From sequence record OM386653.1: 64,000 bases of DNA, one strand, 5' to 3'. Under the pieces are notes generated by a model that saw nothing but the letters and a program-made list of their open reading frames with translations, had not been told where the DNA came from and searched no databases. This stretch comes from Escherichia phage vB_EcoM_ESCO8. Below, piece by piece: positions 36,721 through 44,487 of the stretch. Position 1 is the stretch's first letter; every line of letters starts with the position of its first letter. Made by a program: the position numbers and the translations under genes.

Positions 36721-37080
36721 TTACGCCACGTTATGCTGTTTTGCCAGGGTTACGATCATGCTTGCAATATATAACCAATAATTTTCCCGCTCACGGGTAA
36801 CGGTTGTTTCTTTACTTGTTTCTTTTATGTACTTCCATTCAATTAACAAGTGATCGATCTCGTTATAATCAAAAGCAATATTGATTTCTGACGGTAAACC
36901 TTGTAACCAGGAGGCTATCGCCTTGATCATGTTATGATTGTAACGTTTTTGATTATCGGGATACCAGTATTCAGATTTAAAACGGCGCATCAGTTCGGTG
37001 ATCTTTTCTTTTTCTGTTGTAGTACCATTAAAAGAAATAGCCGACACAATGTAAGTTTTAATTGCTTTTACTGATTTCAT
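36721..37080 (-). CDS. hypothetical protein (119 aa)
   Basis: ORF track. Confidence 0.5.
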   Translation of the reverse strand: MKSVKAIKTYIVSAISFNGTTTEKEKITELMRRFKSEYWYPDNQKRYNHNMIKAIASWLQGLPSEINIAFDYNEIDHLLIEWKYIKETSKETTVTRERENYWLYIASMIVTLAKQHNVA

Positions 37081-37100
37081 AATCTTATCTCTTTATTGAT

Positions 37101-37159
37101 GGCGGGAAACCATTTCCCGCCGTTGTTGTTACTTTACTTATAAATCATGCTACTGTCAA
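37101..37159 (-). promoter_or_regulatory. PeSL-like cassette (hairpin GGCGGGAAAccaTTTCCCGCC)
   Basis: TTGACA 37154-37159 (minus), hairpin 37101-37121. Confidence 0.55.
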
Positions 37160-37166
37160 GCGGATA

Positions 37167-37337
37167 TTATTTATTTTTTAACGTTAATGTTCCCAGCTTA
37201 TCAGCGTGACGCAGACCAGGGAAGATCCATTTTCCTGATTCATCTTTTACCGGGGCTTTAAGCGTAGCGCCCAAGTTGGCGGCATTAACTTTACGTGCAA
37301 CGTTGCGAGCGGCTTCACGGGTGGCGAAAGTGATCAT
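37167..37337 (-). CDS. small protein (56 aa)
   Basis: Not in track; sits between two cassettes. Confidence 0.4.
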   Translation of the reverse strand: MITFATREAARNVARKVNAANLGATLKAPVKDESGKWIFPGLRHADKLGTLTLKNK

Positions 37338-37408
37338 GGTGTTTTCCTCTTCTCTTTGTTAGGCGGTTGGCTATTCCACCGCCTTGATGAATACAGTTTA
37401 CTCTATTT

Positions 37409-37567
37409 TTATTTCTTTGCAACTACTTTTATATTTTCTTTCTTTGCCTCTTCCACCTGATCCGCCCACTGCTTACCCCACGTTTGAGCGTTATAGTGAT
37501 ATTGACAAAGAGCAACGCCACGTTTTAAACCAGAGATAGACTTTTTACCACATTGGCAAGTTTTCAT
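37409..37567 (-). CDS. small zinc-binding protein (52 aa, CQCGKK...CQYH)
   Basis: Not in track; aaggga RBS. Confidence 0.4.
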   Translation of the reverse strand: MKTCQCGKKSISGLKRGVALCQYHYNAQTWGKQWADQVEEAKKENIKVVAKK

Positions 37568-37578
37568 TTTGTGATCCC

Positions 37579-37794
37579 TTAGTTGATAATTGTCAAAGTA
37601 AAATCATAATCTTTTGACAGTTTATATTGCACCTTGTTACCGTATATGTCACCTTTACGTAAAGATCCACGGATACCGATAACATCCTTCACGTCTTTTA
37701 AATTTTTCACGCCTGTAATGTCTTTGTTGAAATACTCGTCATCTGAAAATAAAACTTGACTTGCATTTTTTAACAGTGTGCGGATATTAGCCAT
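37579..37794 (-). CDS. hypothetical protein (about 71 aa)
   Basis: Track ORF 37579..37842 reads into hairpin; internal ATG (MANIRT) preferred. Confidence 0.4.
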   Translation of the reverse strand: MANIRTLLKNASQVLFSDDEYFNKDITGVKNLKDVKDVIGIRGSLRKGDIYGNKVQYKLSKDYDFTLTIIN

Positions 37795-37815
37795 TTTGAT
37801 AATCTCTCTTACTAT

Positions 37816-37874
37816 GAGCGGCACTATTGCCGCCCTATGCATTACATTTTACTGATTTTAGTTATCTTGTCAAG
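37816..37874 (-). promoter_or_regulatory. PeSL-like cassette (hairpin GCGGCActatTGCCGC)
   Basis: TTGACA 37869-37874 (minus), hairpin 37818-37833. Confidence 0.55.
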
Positions 37875-37881
37875 ATTATTT

Positions 37882-38109
37882 TTAGTTTAATCCATCCAGG
37901 CACAACAAGCGATCAACATTCAGATCGGTTAGGCTAATCGTTGGCACCTGGTAGGATTCGATGTACTCAACGCTCGACCATTGCCCGAAGTTAGCGACCG
38001 CCCAGCTATTCAAGGAAGAGTGAAGATCATCCCCTTTCTTCTCGGTGATAACTGCTACTACCTGGGAGCTTCCAACCGTACCGGATACGCGAACAATAAC
38101 GATAGCCAT
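37882..38109 (-). CDS. hypothetical protein (75 aa)
   Basis: ORF track. Confidence 0.4.
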   Translation of the reverse strand: MAIVIVRVSGTVGSSQVVAVITEKKGDDLHSSLNSWAVANFGQWSSVEYIESYQVPTISLTDLNVDRLLCLDGLN

Positions 38110-38131
38110 AATGATAACCTTTCTTTGATTT

Positions 38132-38191
38132 GGCGGGAAACCATTTCCCGCCCTATGTGATATATCTTACACTAATTTAAAACGTTGTCAA
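38132..38191 (-). promoter_or_regulatory. PeSL-like cassette (hairpin GGCGGGAAAccaTTTCCCGCC)
   Basis: TTGACA 38186-38191 (minus), 16 nt, TAAGAT, hairpin 38132-38152. Confidence 0.55.
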
Positions 38192-38286
38192 ATTATTTTC
38201 TATTTCTTCCGTAATAGCCTAATTTATGATCTAAGCTAAAACGTTTTGTGAGATAGGTCGAACGATGTTTCATTTTTATATCTCCT

Positions 38287-38526
38287 TTACATTCCAACCA
38301 TCGCGGCGCGGATTGCAGTTTTACTGAACTTGTAACCGTCTGGCGTTTTATCTTGATCCATACTTTCAAGAAATAACATCATATCACGCGCTGCGTCATT
38401 CTTATTGGTGTTAGCTGCGATAAATTCACGCGCAAGATTATAAAAACCTTCATCATTGTTGATCCAAAGGCTTACATTCCAATGAGTTTTGTTTTTGTGA
38501 CCTAAGAACATTTTTGATTTAGCCAT
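38287..38526 (-). CDS. hypothetical protein (79 aa)
   Basis: ORF track. Confidence 0.45.
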   Translation of the reverse strand: MAKSKMFLGHKNKTHWNVSLWINNDEGFYNLAREFIAANTNKNDAARDMMLFLESMDQDKTPDGYKFSKTAIRAAMVGM

Positions 38527-38548
38527 GATGTTAATCTCTTTTTCAGTG

Positions 38549-38609
38549 AGGCGGGAACTATTCCCGCTCTCTATGTAATACAGTTTACTCTTTTTATTCG
38601 TGCTGTCAA
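38549..38609 (-). promoter_or_regulatory. PeSL-like cassette (hairpin GCGGGAActaTTCCCGC)
   Basis: TTGACA 38604-38609 (minus), hairpin 38549-38572. Confidence 0.5.
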
Positions 38610-38614
38610 TGCTT

Positions 38615-38980
38615 TTATAAATCTTTTTTACGTTTTACATCGCTTGCATGACTGTATACAGTGATCCCATTGTCACGGCAAAAACGGGAAAGGTAGGCAT
38701 AATTTGAAAACTCTTTACCTTCCAGGTTGATAACCTTGCTAAATTCTTCCATTGCTACAGTGTCAAAGTGATCCCCGTATCCATATTGGAACGGCACGTT
38801 TACTACTTCGATCAGTTTACCGCCGATCTCAACGTCAACCATCAAAGAGAAATAAGTATTACCATAAGACTTTTGAAACCAGCGACGGGCGCTAATATGT
38901 ACCGCTTCAATGCTGGATAGTTCAATTTTAGCAGTGTTAGCCAGGGTAGCATAAGCAGAAACATTGATATTTTTAGCCAT
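38615..38980 (-). CDS. hypothetical protein (121 aa)
   Basis: ORF track. Confidence 0.5.
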   Translation of the reverse strand: MAKNINVSAYATLANTAKIELSSIEAVHISARRWFQKSYGNTYFSLMVDVEIGGKLIEVVNVPFQYGYGDHFDTVAMEEFSKVINLEGKEFSNYAYLSRFCRDNGITVYSHASDVKRKKDL

Positions 38981-39075
38981 AGTCTTTAATCTCTTTTGAT
39001 TAGTTAGGAGTATTCCCGATAAAAGTTATTATGCTTGTACTATCGTTCGTTGTCAATAGCACAAGACTAAAACTT

Positions 39076-39255
39076 TTAACGATAATCATCATAGGCTTTA
39101 TTGACCTGGCGAATATAGCATTCAAAAGCTAGATCAATAGATTTATATTCACGGATATAATCACCATAGGAAACCACATACATTTCTATAGCTTCCTCAT
39201 ATGCCAAGATGATAGAATCTAAACCTACGATCTCAGTCTTTGCAATAATAGCCAT
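39076..39255 (-). CDS. small acidic protein (59 aa)
   Basis: Not in track; between cassettes. Confidence 0.4.
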   Translation of the reverse strand: MAIIAKTEIVGLDSIILAYEEAIEMYVVSYGDYIREYKSIDLAFECYIRQVNKAYDDYR

Positions 39256-39401
39256 GCTTTTATTCCTTAGTAATGTTTCAATCTATATAAGCATTATAGC
39301 TTACTGATTTCAGGTGTCAAGTGATTTTTTATTTCACCTTATGGGGCGTTGCCCCGCTTTATGTGGTACATATTACGGGGCTTGTTTGCATATGTCAAGC
39401 C

Positions 39402-39947
39402 TTACACAATACAATTTTCATAATTTTTTAGGGCTTGTCTTTTTTCCTCTTCTGTCGGCATGTATGGCTGGATCTCTTCCTCTTCCAGGGTAGGCATGAT
39501 TTCTTCCTCTTCCTCCTGGTCTTCCTCTTGCGCTACGGCAACAAGTTTATTGATCTTCTCCTGGGCTTTAATCAATTTTGCATCTAGCACCATTTTAGCG
39601 GTGTTGTATACCGTCCATGCCATGCGTTTTTCTTCGTATGCTTTATCTAGTGCGGCTAATTTAGCGGGATACTCTTCTAACACCTTAAAAGCCGGATCAA
39701 TGCTATATAAGGGATTATTTTTAGCGTCATCGCTTGGATCTGCGGCGCTTGCAATGTCAGCGTTACCATTTGCCAGCCAACCAGGGCGAACGGATCGCGT
39801 CTTTGTGTGCCCGTTGCTCTTTGCCGCTCGATTCCCTATCTGCTCCCCGCTGTACCCTTCCATGTGATCGATCATGTCATCTGGTATTATGCGCGGATCA
39901 TTAGCGTCATGCTTTACCCATGACTGGATCACATATTCACGCCCCAT
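39402..39947 (-). CDS. hypothetical protein with acidic Glu-rich C-terminal region (181 aa)
   Basis: ORF track. Confidence 0.5.
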   Translation of the reverse strand: MGREYVIQSWVKHDANDPRIIPDDMIDHMEGYSGEQIGNRAAKSNGHTKTRSVRPGWLANGNADIASAADPSDDAKNNPLYSIDPAFKVLEEYPAKLAALDKAYEEKRMAWTVYNTAKMVLDAKLIKAQEKINKLVAVAQEEDQEEEEEIMPTLEEEEIQPYMPTEEEKRQALKNYENCIV

Positions 39948-40209
39948 GTTCGTTCGCCTCTTCTGTTAGTAGTTTACACACCTTAAACATGCTTGCCGCG
40001 TCTTTTGACGGTAGCCAGCCTATGCGATACACTCCAGGATCTGGATTCGTTATATCTGTTAATTGAGCGTTACGATGATTAAAGATAGTGTAACCGCCAC
40101 CAGCACGGGGATAAACATTATCTTTAAACCTGATAGCGTATCTCGCCAGGTTGAACGTTGTAGCATGTTCAAAAGCGATCACATTATCAAAAACTTTTAG
40201 AAAAAACAA
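39937..40209 (-). CDS. hypothetical protein (90 aa)
   Basis: ORF track. Confidence 0.4.
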   Translation of the reverse strand: MFFLKVFDNVIAFEHATTFNLARYAIRFKDNVYPRAGGGYTIFNHRNAQLTDITNPDPGVYRIGWLPSKDAASMFKVCKLLTEEANEHGA

Positions 40210-40211
40210 GA

Positions 40212-40358
40212 TTATCCTCCCCAGCGTTTAAAGCCCGTTGCACGGTTATTTTTTAACTCTCGTTTTAGTCTCTTGCAACGGTTTACAAGTGCAAACCGTG
40301 CCGGAGTTGTAACAGTAGCGCCGTTTTTGGTGTGAATACTCATTACATATTGTTTCAT
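40212..40358 (-). CDS. small basic protein (48 aa)
   Basis: Not in track; downstream of hairpin 40376-40396. Confidence 0.35.
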   Translation of the reverse strand: MKQYVMSIHTKNGATVTTPARFALVNRCKRLKRELKNNRATGFKRWGG

Positions 40359-40436
40359 AAAGTTTTATCCTATGTAAGCGGGAATAGTTCCCGCTTTAAG
40401 ATAGCTTATCAGGTTTTAGTGCAATGTTAACCGTTT

Positions 40437-40799
40437 TTATTCGTAAATTTTACCGCTTTCTACCCATACCATAACACGGCGCATGTTATCCCATGCATCT
40501 TGTCGCAGATTTAAGGCATGCAATTCTTCGGTTGTGCTCATACCTGGTACGGGCTTGCTATATGTTACAAAGAGATCGCCAGCATATTCATAAGCCAGGG
40601 TAAGATCACATTGAATCATCTTTTTAAGCATAGCATTAAGCATCATATTAGCGGCATGTTGATCACGTTTTAGCGGTAGCGTTGCGATCTGTGAGCGATA
40701 GCTTTCGATCCGTGCATCCACTGCATCACGTGGAAGATTTTTCACGTCGTCGCGGAAAGATACCAGGTTTAACATGATAGTATTGATTTGCTTGCTCAT
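40437..40799 (-). CDS. hypothetical protein (120 aa)
   Basis: ORF track. Confidence 0.5.
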   Translation of the reverse strand: MSKQINTIMLNLVSFRDDVKNLPRDAVDARIESYRSQIATLPLKRDQHAANMMLNAMLKKMIQCDLTLAYEYAGDLFVTYSKPVPGMSTTEELHALNLRQDAWDNMRRVMVWVESGKIYE

Positions 40800-40821
40800 T
40801 GCATTACCCTTTCTTTGATTT

Positions 40822-40882
40822 GGCGGGAAACCATTTCCCCGCCTTATGTGGTATATATTACAAAATTATTTTTAAGTGTCAA
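40822..40882 (-). promoter_or_regulatory. PeSL-like cassette (hairpin GGCGGGAAAccaTTTCCCCGCC)
   Basis: TTGACA 40877-40882 (minus), hairpin 40822-40843. Confidence 0.55.
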
Positions 40883-40885
40883 GCC

Positions 40886-41158
40886 TTAAAGCAAAAACGC
40901 TACATCTTGCGCTTTTAGTGTAGTGTCGATCATTTTCGGGCTTTTATAATCCACAAAGCGCGCGGTTTTTTCAATAACGAAGCCGAGATAATCTTGTTTA
41001 TTGAAATTACATTCTTTTTTAAATGTTTCCCGTGCCACGGTGATCGCTGCATCCAGGGATAAACGCCCATCAATATTGATGTTAGCGAAAGATCCGCCAC
41101 CGCGCATAGGTTTACCAGTGATGCCAGCTACGATCATTGATGCGCTATATGATGCCAT
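40886..41158 (-). CDS. hypothetical protein (90 aa)
   Basis: ORF track. Confidence 0.45.
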   Translation of the reverse strand: MASYSASMIVAGITGKPMRGGGSFANINIDGRLSLDAAITVARETFKKECNFNKQDYLGFVIEKTARFVDYKSPKMIDTTLKAQDVAFLL

Positions 41159-41180
41159 GATTATTTCTCTCTTCTGTTAT

Positions 41181-41238
41181 GAGCGGCACTATTGCCGCCC
41201 TATGTGATACATCTTATCAGATTAAAAAACGTTGTCAA
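41181..41238 (-). promoter_or_regulatory. PeSL-like cassette (hairpin GCGGCActatTGCCGC)
   Basis: TTGACA 41233-41238 (minus), 16 nt, TAAGAT, hairpin 41183-41198, then RBS and ATG of 40886..41158. Confidence 0.55.
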
Positions 41239-41609
41239 GAATATTTTTAAAAGATAATAACCGCTACTACAATCCAAAATGGAACGGCTAGAATGATAGC
41301 GTTAATCGTTCCAACCGTCAAGCTGTTTTCTTTCTTGATCATCGTTATCAACCTTTTATAAGTAATGTTATTGTGACGGTGGATTGTGGAGATCCTCACC
41401 TTTGCCCGTCCTGCATTGCGCCCTCCTTTTGTTTATTGTCGTTGTGCCTCGCCCCCCTCGACAAGATGAATAATACGCTACCAGGTGAGGAACGTCAACC
41501 CCTTTTTTAATCTTTTTTCATTTCTTTTTTGCTTGCTATCTATAAAGGAAAGGGGCTATTATCTTTCTACCGCGCCAACCAGGGCGCACATCAAAGAAAG
41601 GGCGATACC

Positions 41610-41876
41610 ATGACAAATACTACTTTACACCTCATGCACTCATTAGGCTGGCAAGGCGGCACGGTGCACCAGGTAGCAAGCGCAACGGGCTTAAAGGTTG
41701 AAACCGTTCTCAACCTGGGCGATCATAAGGTGGAAGAAATAGATCATTTTGATACGTTCGCAAATGGTTATCTATGGGCTTGCAGTGGCGGCGGGGAAAG
41801 CAAGATCCCGCCAGGGGCGCGGGGCGACATGTATTTTTGGCTAGGTGTCCTATCCTGGCAAGAAAACAAAAAATAA
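41610..41876 (+). CDS. hypothetical protein (about 88 aa), GC-rich
   Basis: Track ORF 41529..41876; internal ATG (MTNTTLHL) after aaagaaagggcg preferred; higher GC than surrounding phage DNA. Confidence 0.35.
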   Translation: MTNTTLHLMHSLGWQGGTVHQVASATGLKVETVLNLGDHKVEEIDHFDTFANGYLWACSGGGESKIPPGARGDMYFWLGVLSWQENKK

Positions 41877-41878
41877 TC

Positions 41879-41907
41879 TTGACAAGCCCAGGGATCGGGC
41901 TTATACT
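41879..41907 (+). promoter_or_regulatory. strong sigma70-like promoter (TTGACA-N17-TATACT)
   Basis: Perfect -35 and near-consensus -10; no ORF for about 800 bp downstream. Confidence 0.4.
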
Positions 41908-42138
41908 GTTTTACATACAGAAGAGGAAGCGCCACCCCCACGGCGTAAAGGCGGGGCTAACATACCAGGGCACTACTGGTTGGAAGGTTGATCGCCGGTA
42001 GCTCGTCTAAAATAAATTTGTAAAGAAATGTAAAGATAAAAATAATCGCTTGCTTTTGTTGTTGGTTATGCTATTCTTATTGTATGGCGAGGGGACACGG
42101 GAGCGCGAGACAAACACCGCCCCTGCGCGTTATTCTCT

Positions 42139-42252
42139 AAATGAGAAAATTCTCATTTGCTAATGATTCTCATTCTCTTACTGAGAATGATTATCACTTA
42201 CATACTTAAATGATAATGATTCTCATTTACAAATGAAAATGATTATCATACG
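42139..42252. promoter_or_regulatory. cluster of five Fur-box-like palindromic sites
   Basis: aatgagaaAAttctcatt (8+8 palindrome), AATGAttcTCATT, gAATGATtATCAc, GATAATGATtctCATTtac, AATGATtATCATa within 114 bp. Confidence 0.4.
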
Positions 42253-42269
42253 CACACCCATAAAAACAC

Positions 42270-42478
42270 GAAATTGAACTTTTCATTTTTGATTTTTCTA
42301 CGGAAAAAGGCAAAAAACTTTAAATAAACTGGGGAATTTTTAAAAAATTGAAGTTTTCATTTTCAAAATCTGGATAGAAATACGTACAAAAACTTTAAAT
42401 AATTTTGACCAAACTTGAACTTTTCATTTTCAAAATTTGTACCCAAAAATCTGTAAAAACTTTAAATAATTTTGTCCT
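42270..42478. repeat. three tandem ~66-74 bp direct repeats (ttgaaSttttcattttcaaaat ... aaaactttaaataa)
   Basis: Units begin near 42274, 42348, 42414; each has a TTGAA..TTCAA dyad and a TTTAAATA box. Confidence 0.55.
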
Positions 42479-42688
42479 TTTTATAAAAATGATTTTACTG
42501 TTCTGTTATAAGTAGTAGTTAAGAGATAGTATGCCTTTTAAAGATCAGATACCATAGTCAAACAAACAAATTAAATACTTTATTAACAGAGTACAGAATA
42601 ATATTTACTCTGGATATATTATTCAGAGGGTGGATTTCCGTACATGAAACCCACACCCCTTTTTATAAAAATAAAAATTTTCAAAATA

Positions 42689-43240
42689 TCAGGAAATATC
42701 AGATTGTGCTTTTAGATAAACAGCAAGGTCTGTATGCCATTTTCCTAAAAGATTTTGTCCTTTCCAACAGTCCTTATTTTCCACATCACGATCCCACATT
42801 CCCATTTTGATACCATAAATAGAATCATAAGGGCTTGCCTCTACGAACTCCTTATCTGCGTAAGCGATAAGTTTATTTTTGAGATCTTCATTTTGTGTGT
42901 ATTTAAGATACAAACCACGCTTGACAATCTTCTCCCGTAAAGAAGTCCAAGTAGCTTCATCGTAATCTTTAACTAATCTACCTAGTCGCTTATAATATGC
43001 CTGTTCTTTTTCTCCTGTATATCTTAGATCTCCGGTTAAAATAGAAGATGCAATGTTGTAATCATAAAACAAACATGCTTTTCTCCACATCATATATTGT
43101 TCCACACAAGTAAATTCAACAGAACTTGTAATAGAATTATTATACTTGGGAGCTAAAGGTTCAATAAAAGATGATAGATACCAGTTGCTAAATTCATCTT
43201 TTGCCGAGAAGAAGAACACATACTTATCAGTAATCCGCAT
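42689..43240 (-). CDS. NADAR-domain (YbiA-like) protein
   Basis: 183 aa; FFFSAKDEFSNWY, CVEQYMMWRKA, GQNLLGKWHTDLAVYL fit the NADAR pattern (F.F....SN..., ..EQ..QA.KA, G.NLLG). Confidence 0.65.
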   Translation of the reverse strand: MRITDKYVFFFSAKDEFSNWYLSSFIEPLAPKYNNSITSSVEFTCVEQYMMWRKACLFYDYNIASSILTGDLRYTGEKEQAYYKRLGRLVKDYDEATWTSLREKIVKRGLYLKYTQNEDLKNKLIAYADKEFVEASPYDSIYGIKMGMWDRDVENKDCWKGQNLLGKWHTDLAVYLKAQSDIS

Positions 43241-44413
43241 TTACATCTCCTTACTGTATACTAATTTGCCACCATATTGTGTAATAATTTTTTGAAGATT
43301 TTCCAAATCAGAAACACTTACTGTTTCTGTATAACCATCTTTCAACTCTCTTGCCGTTAAAATACCAGTTTTTAATTTTTTCTTTATAGCTCTTTCAGCA
43401 GCCCTACATTGTTTCACTGTGCTAAAATCATATAAACAAATACGCCCCATAAAAAACAGATTACGGCTCTTTTGACCGTTTAATCGTCTATCGCTATCTT
43501 TAGATATACCAAACTTAAGAGCAACTATAATATCATTATCTTTAACAATATTAATATATAATTGCTGTTGATTATGACCAGCACACTGTGGACAACCTTG
43601 ACCGAGGCTTAATAAATTACGAGCACTCCCTATCTGCTCACCATGCACAAGACAAAGATATTTAAACTTACCTATAGAAGAGGGTTTGGTAATCCAATCT
43701 ACCCAGACATACCCTTTCCCTTCTACTTCCTTTTTTACCCTATAGGTGATCTGGTCTTCTGTATACTGATAGTTCCCACAACGACACGGAATATACCCTT
43801 GTTTAAGGTTATGTCCTGCAGAGTAAAATTTACCATCACAAACACCTGCTTGAACATATTCATCATGGGAGCAAACAGGACACTCAACCATCCATACTGC
43901 ATCACGCTTGTTACGTTTCCCTGTATTGGTGAAGATAGTGCCTTCCTTAAATTCCCCTGTAGAAAAGAAATCTGCAATATGTTGATCGTCGGACATTGTT
44001 TGTCTCTCCCTCTTACATTGTGGACAACCGCTACCACGTTTAAAATTGTTAATACTTGTAGTATCCCATTTATTACCACAATGACACAACAAATCAAGTT
44101 TTGTTTTATTCCCTTTCCATTCTCCCACGTACCCTAACACCTGATACCCCCTCTTCTGTGCTATCTCTTCCAAGATCGGCAATTCTGTTTCCCATGTTAA
44201 CGGCTTCTTACCAGAACAGATAGGACAACCACGTCCCTTCTTAAAATCATTAATGTTCGTGGTGTTCCACTCTCCATGTTTAGGACAAGATAGCTTAAGT
44301 TTAGTCTTGTTCCCTTTCCATTCACCAACATAACCCAGGATTTGAATATTGCGATTTTTAGCAAGGGGTGTTAATTCTTCTTTATATTGTTCCCATGATT
44401 TTGGTGCTGTCAT
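43241..44413 (-). CDS. zinc-ribbon-repeat protein with C-terminal GIY-YIG/T5orf172-like domain (putative nuclease)
   Basis: 390 aa; two tandem ~45 aa repeats (LGYVGEWKGNKTKL.L.C...G.W.TT.IN.FK.G.GCP.C), further GCPQC motif, C-terminal LYINIV...ALKFGISKDSDRRL resembling the T5orf172 KxGxT...RR core. Confidence 0.4.
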   Translation of the reverse strand: MTAPKSWEQYKEELTPLAKNRNIQILGYVGEWKGNKTKLKLSCPKHGEWNTTNINDFKKGRGCPICSGKKPLTWETELPILEEIAQKRGYQVLGYVGEWKGNKTKLDLLCHCGNKWDTTSINNFKRGSGCPQCKRERQTMSDDQHIADFFSTGEFKEGTIFTNTGKRNKRDAVWMVECPVCSHDEYVQAGVCDGKFYSAGHNLKQGYIPCRCGNYQYTEDQITYRVKKEVEGKGYVWVDWITKPSSIGKFKYLCLVHGEQIGSARNLLSLGQGCPQCAGHNQQQLYINIVKDNDIIVALKFGISKDSDRRLNGQKSRNLFFMGRICLYDFSTVKQCRAAERAIKKKLKTGILTARELKDGYTETVSVSDLENLQKIITQYGGKLVYSKEM

Positions 44414-44450
44414 CTATTACTCCTCTTATTAAATCTGGCATCAATACAAG

Positions 44451-44470
44451 AAAACCCGCCGGAGCGGGTT
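44451..44470. terminator. bidirectional terminator (acccgcCGGAgcgggt + T-run)
   Basis: Same hairpin as 17750-17770. Confidence 0.5.
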
Positions 44471-44487
44471 TTTATTTGCTGGCTTAC

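Larger units (their letters stand above)
31598..41238 (-). repeat. array of about 18 dispersed PeSL-like promoter/stem-loop cassettes
   Basis: Recurrent 55-65 bp unit before nearly every minus-strand gene; two main hairpin types (GGCGGGAAA-cca-TTTCCCGCC and GCGGCA-ctat-TGCCGC) plus variants. Confidence 0.6.

Noticed and set aside
31348-37842. Track ORFs 31348..31656, 33643..33867, 34235..34435, 34855..35238 and 37579..37842 at their full annotated length
   Set aside because: Their N-terminal extensions translate straight through the conserved hairpin or promoter sequence (for example ...YHVGGKWFPAQY... encodes the GGCGGGAAAtggTTTCCCGCC hairpin). Internal ATGs with RBS just downstream of the hairpin are the more plausible starts.
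31598-41238. Regularly recurring GC-rich palindromes that could be read as a CRISPR array
   Set aside because: Units are 1-0.4 kb apart with whole genes between them, each includes a -35/-10 promoter and precedes an RBS, repeats are not identical, and no cas genes are nearby. They fit promoter/stem-loop cassettes, not CRISPR repeats.
31598-41238. The conserved hairpins as rho-independent terminators
   Set aside because: On the transcribed (minus) strand the hairpin follows the promoter -10 and is followed by an A-rich RBS region, not a U-tract. Canonical terminators with T-runs exist separately (30856, 32335, 36541). The hairpins are more likely 5'-leader structures.
41529-41876. Full-length 115-aa track ORF on the plus strand inside the right non-coding region
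   Set aside because: The first 27 codons have no RBS and overlap a GC-rich structured segment. Only the portion from the internal ATG at 41610 is retained, at low confidence.
29521-42252. Fur-box-like palindromes as chance AT-rich palindromes
   Set aside because: Not fully rejected. The sites could bind a phage-encoded regulator instead of Fur. But nine sites share the AATGA(T)...TCATT dyad, two carry the exact GATAATGAT half-site and two are perfect 13-bp palindromes, which seems more than chance AT-richness, so they are reported as findings with this caveat.
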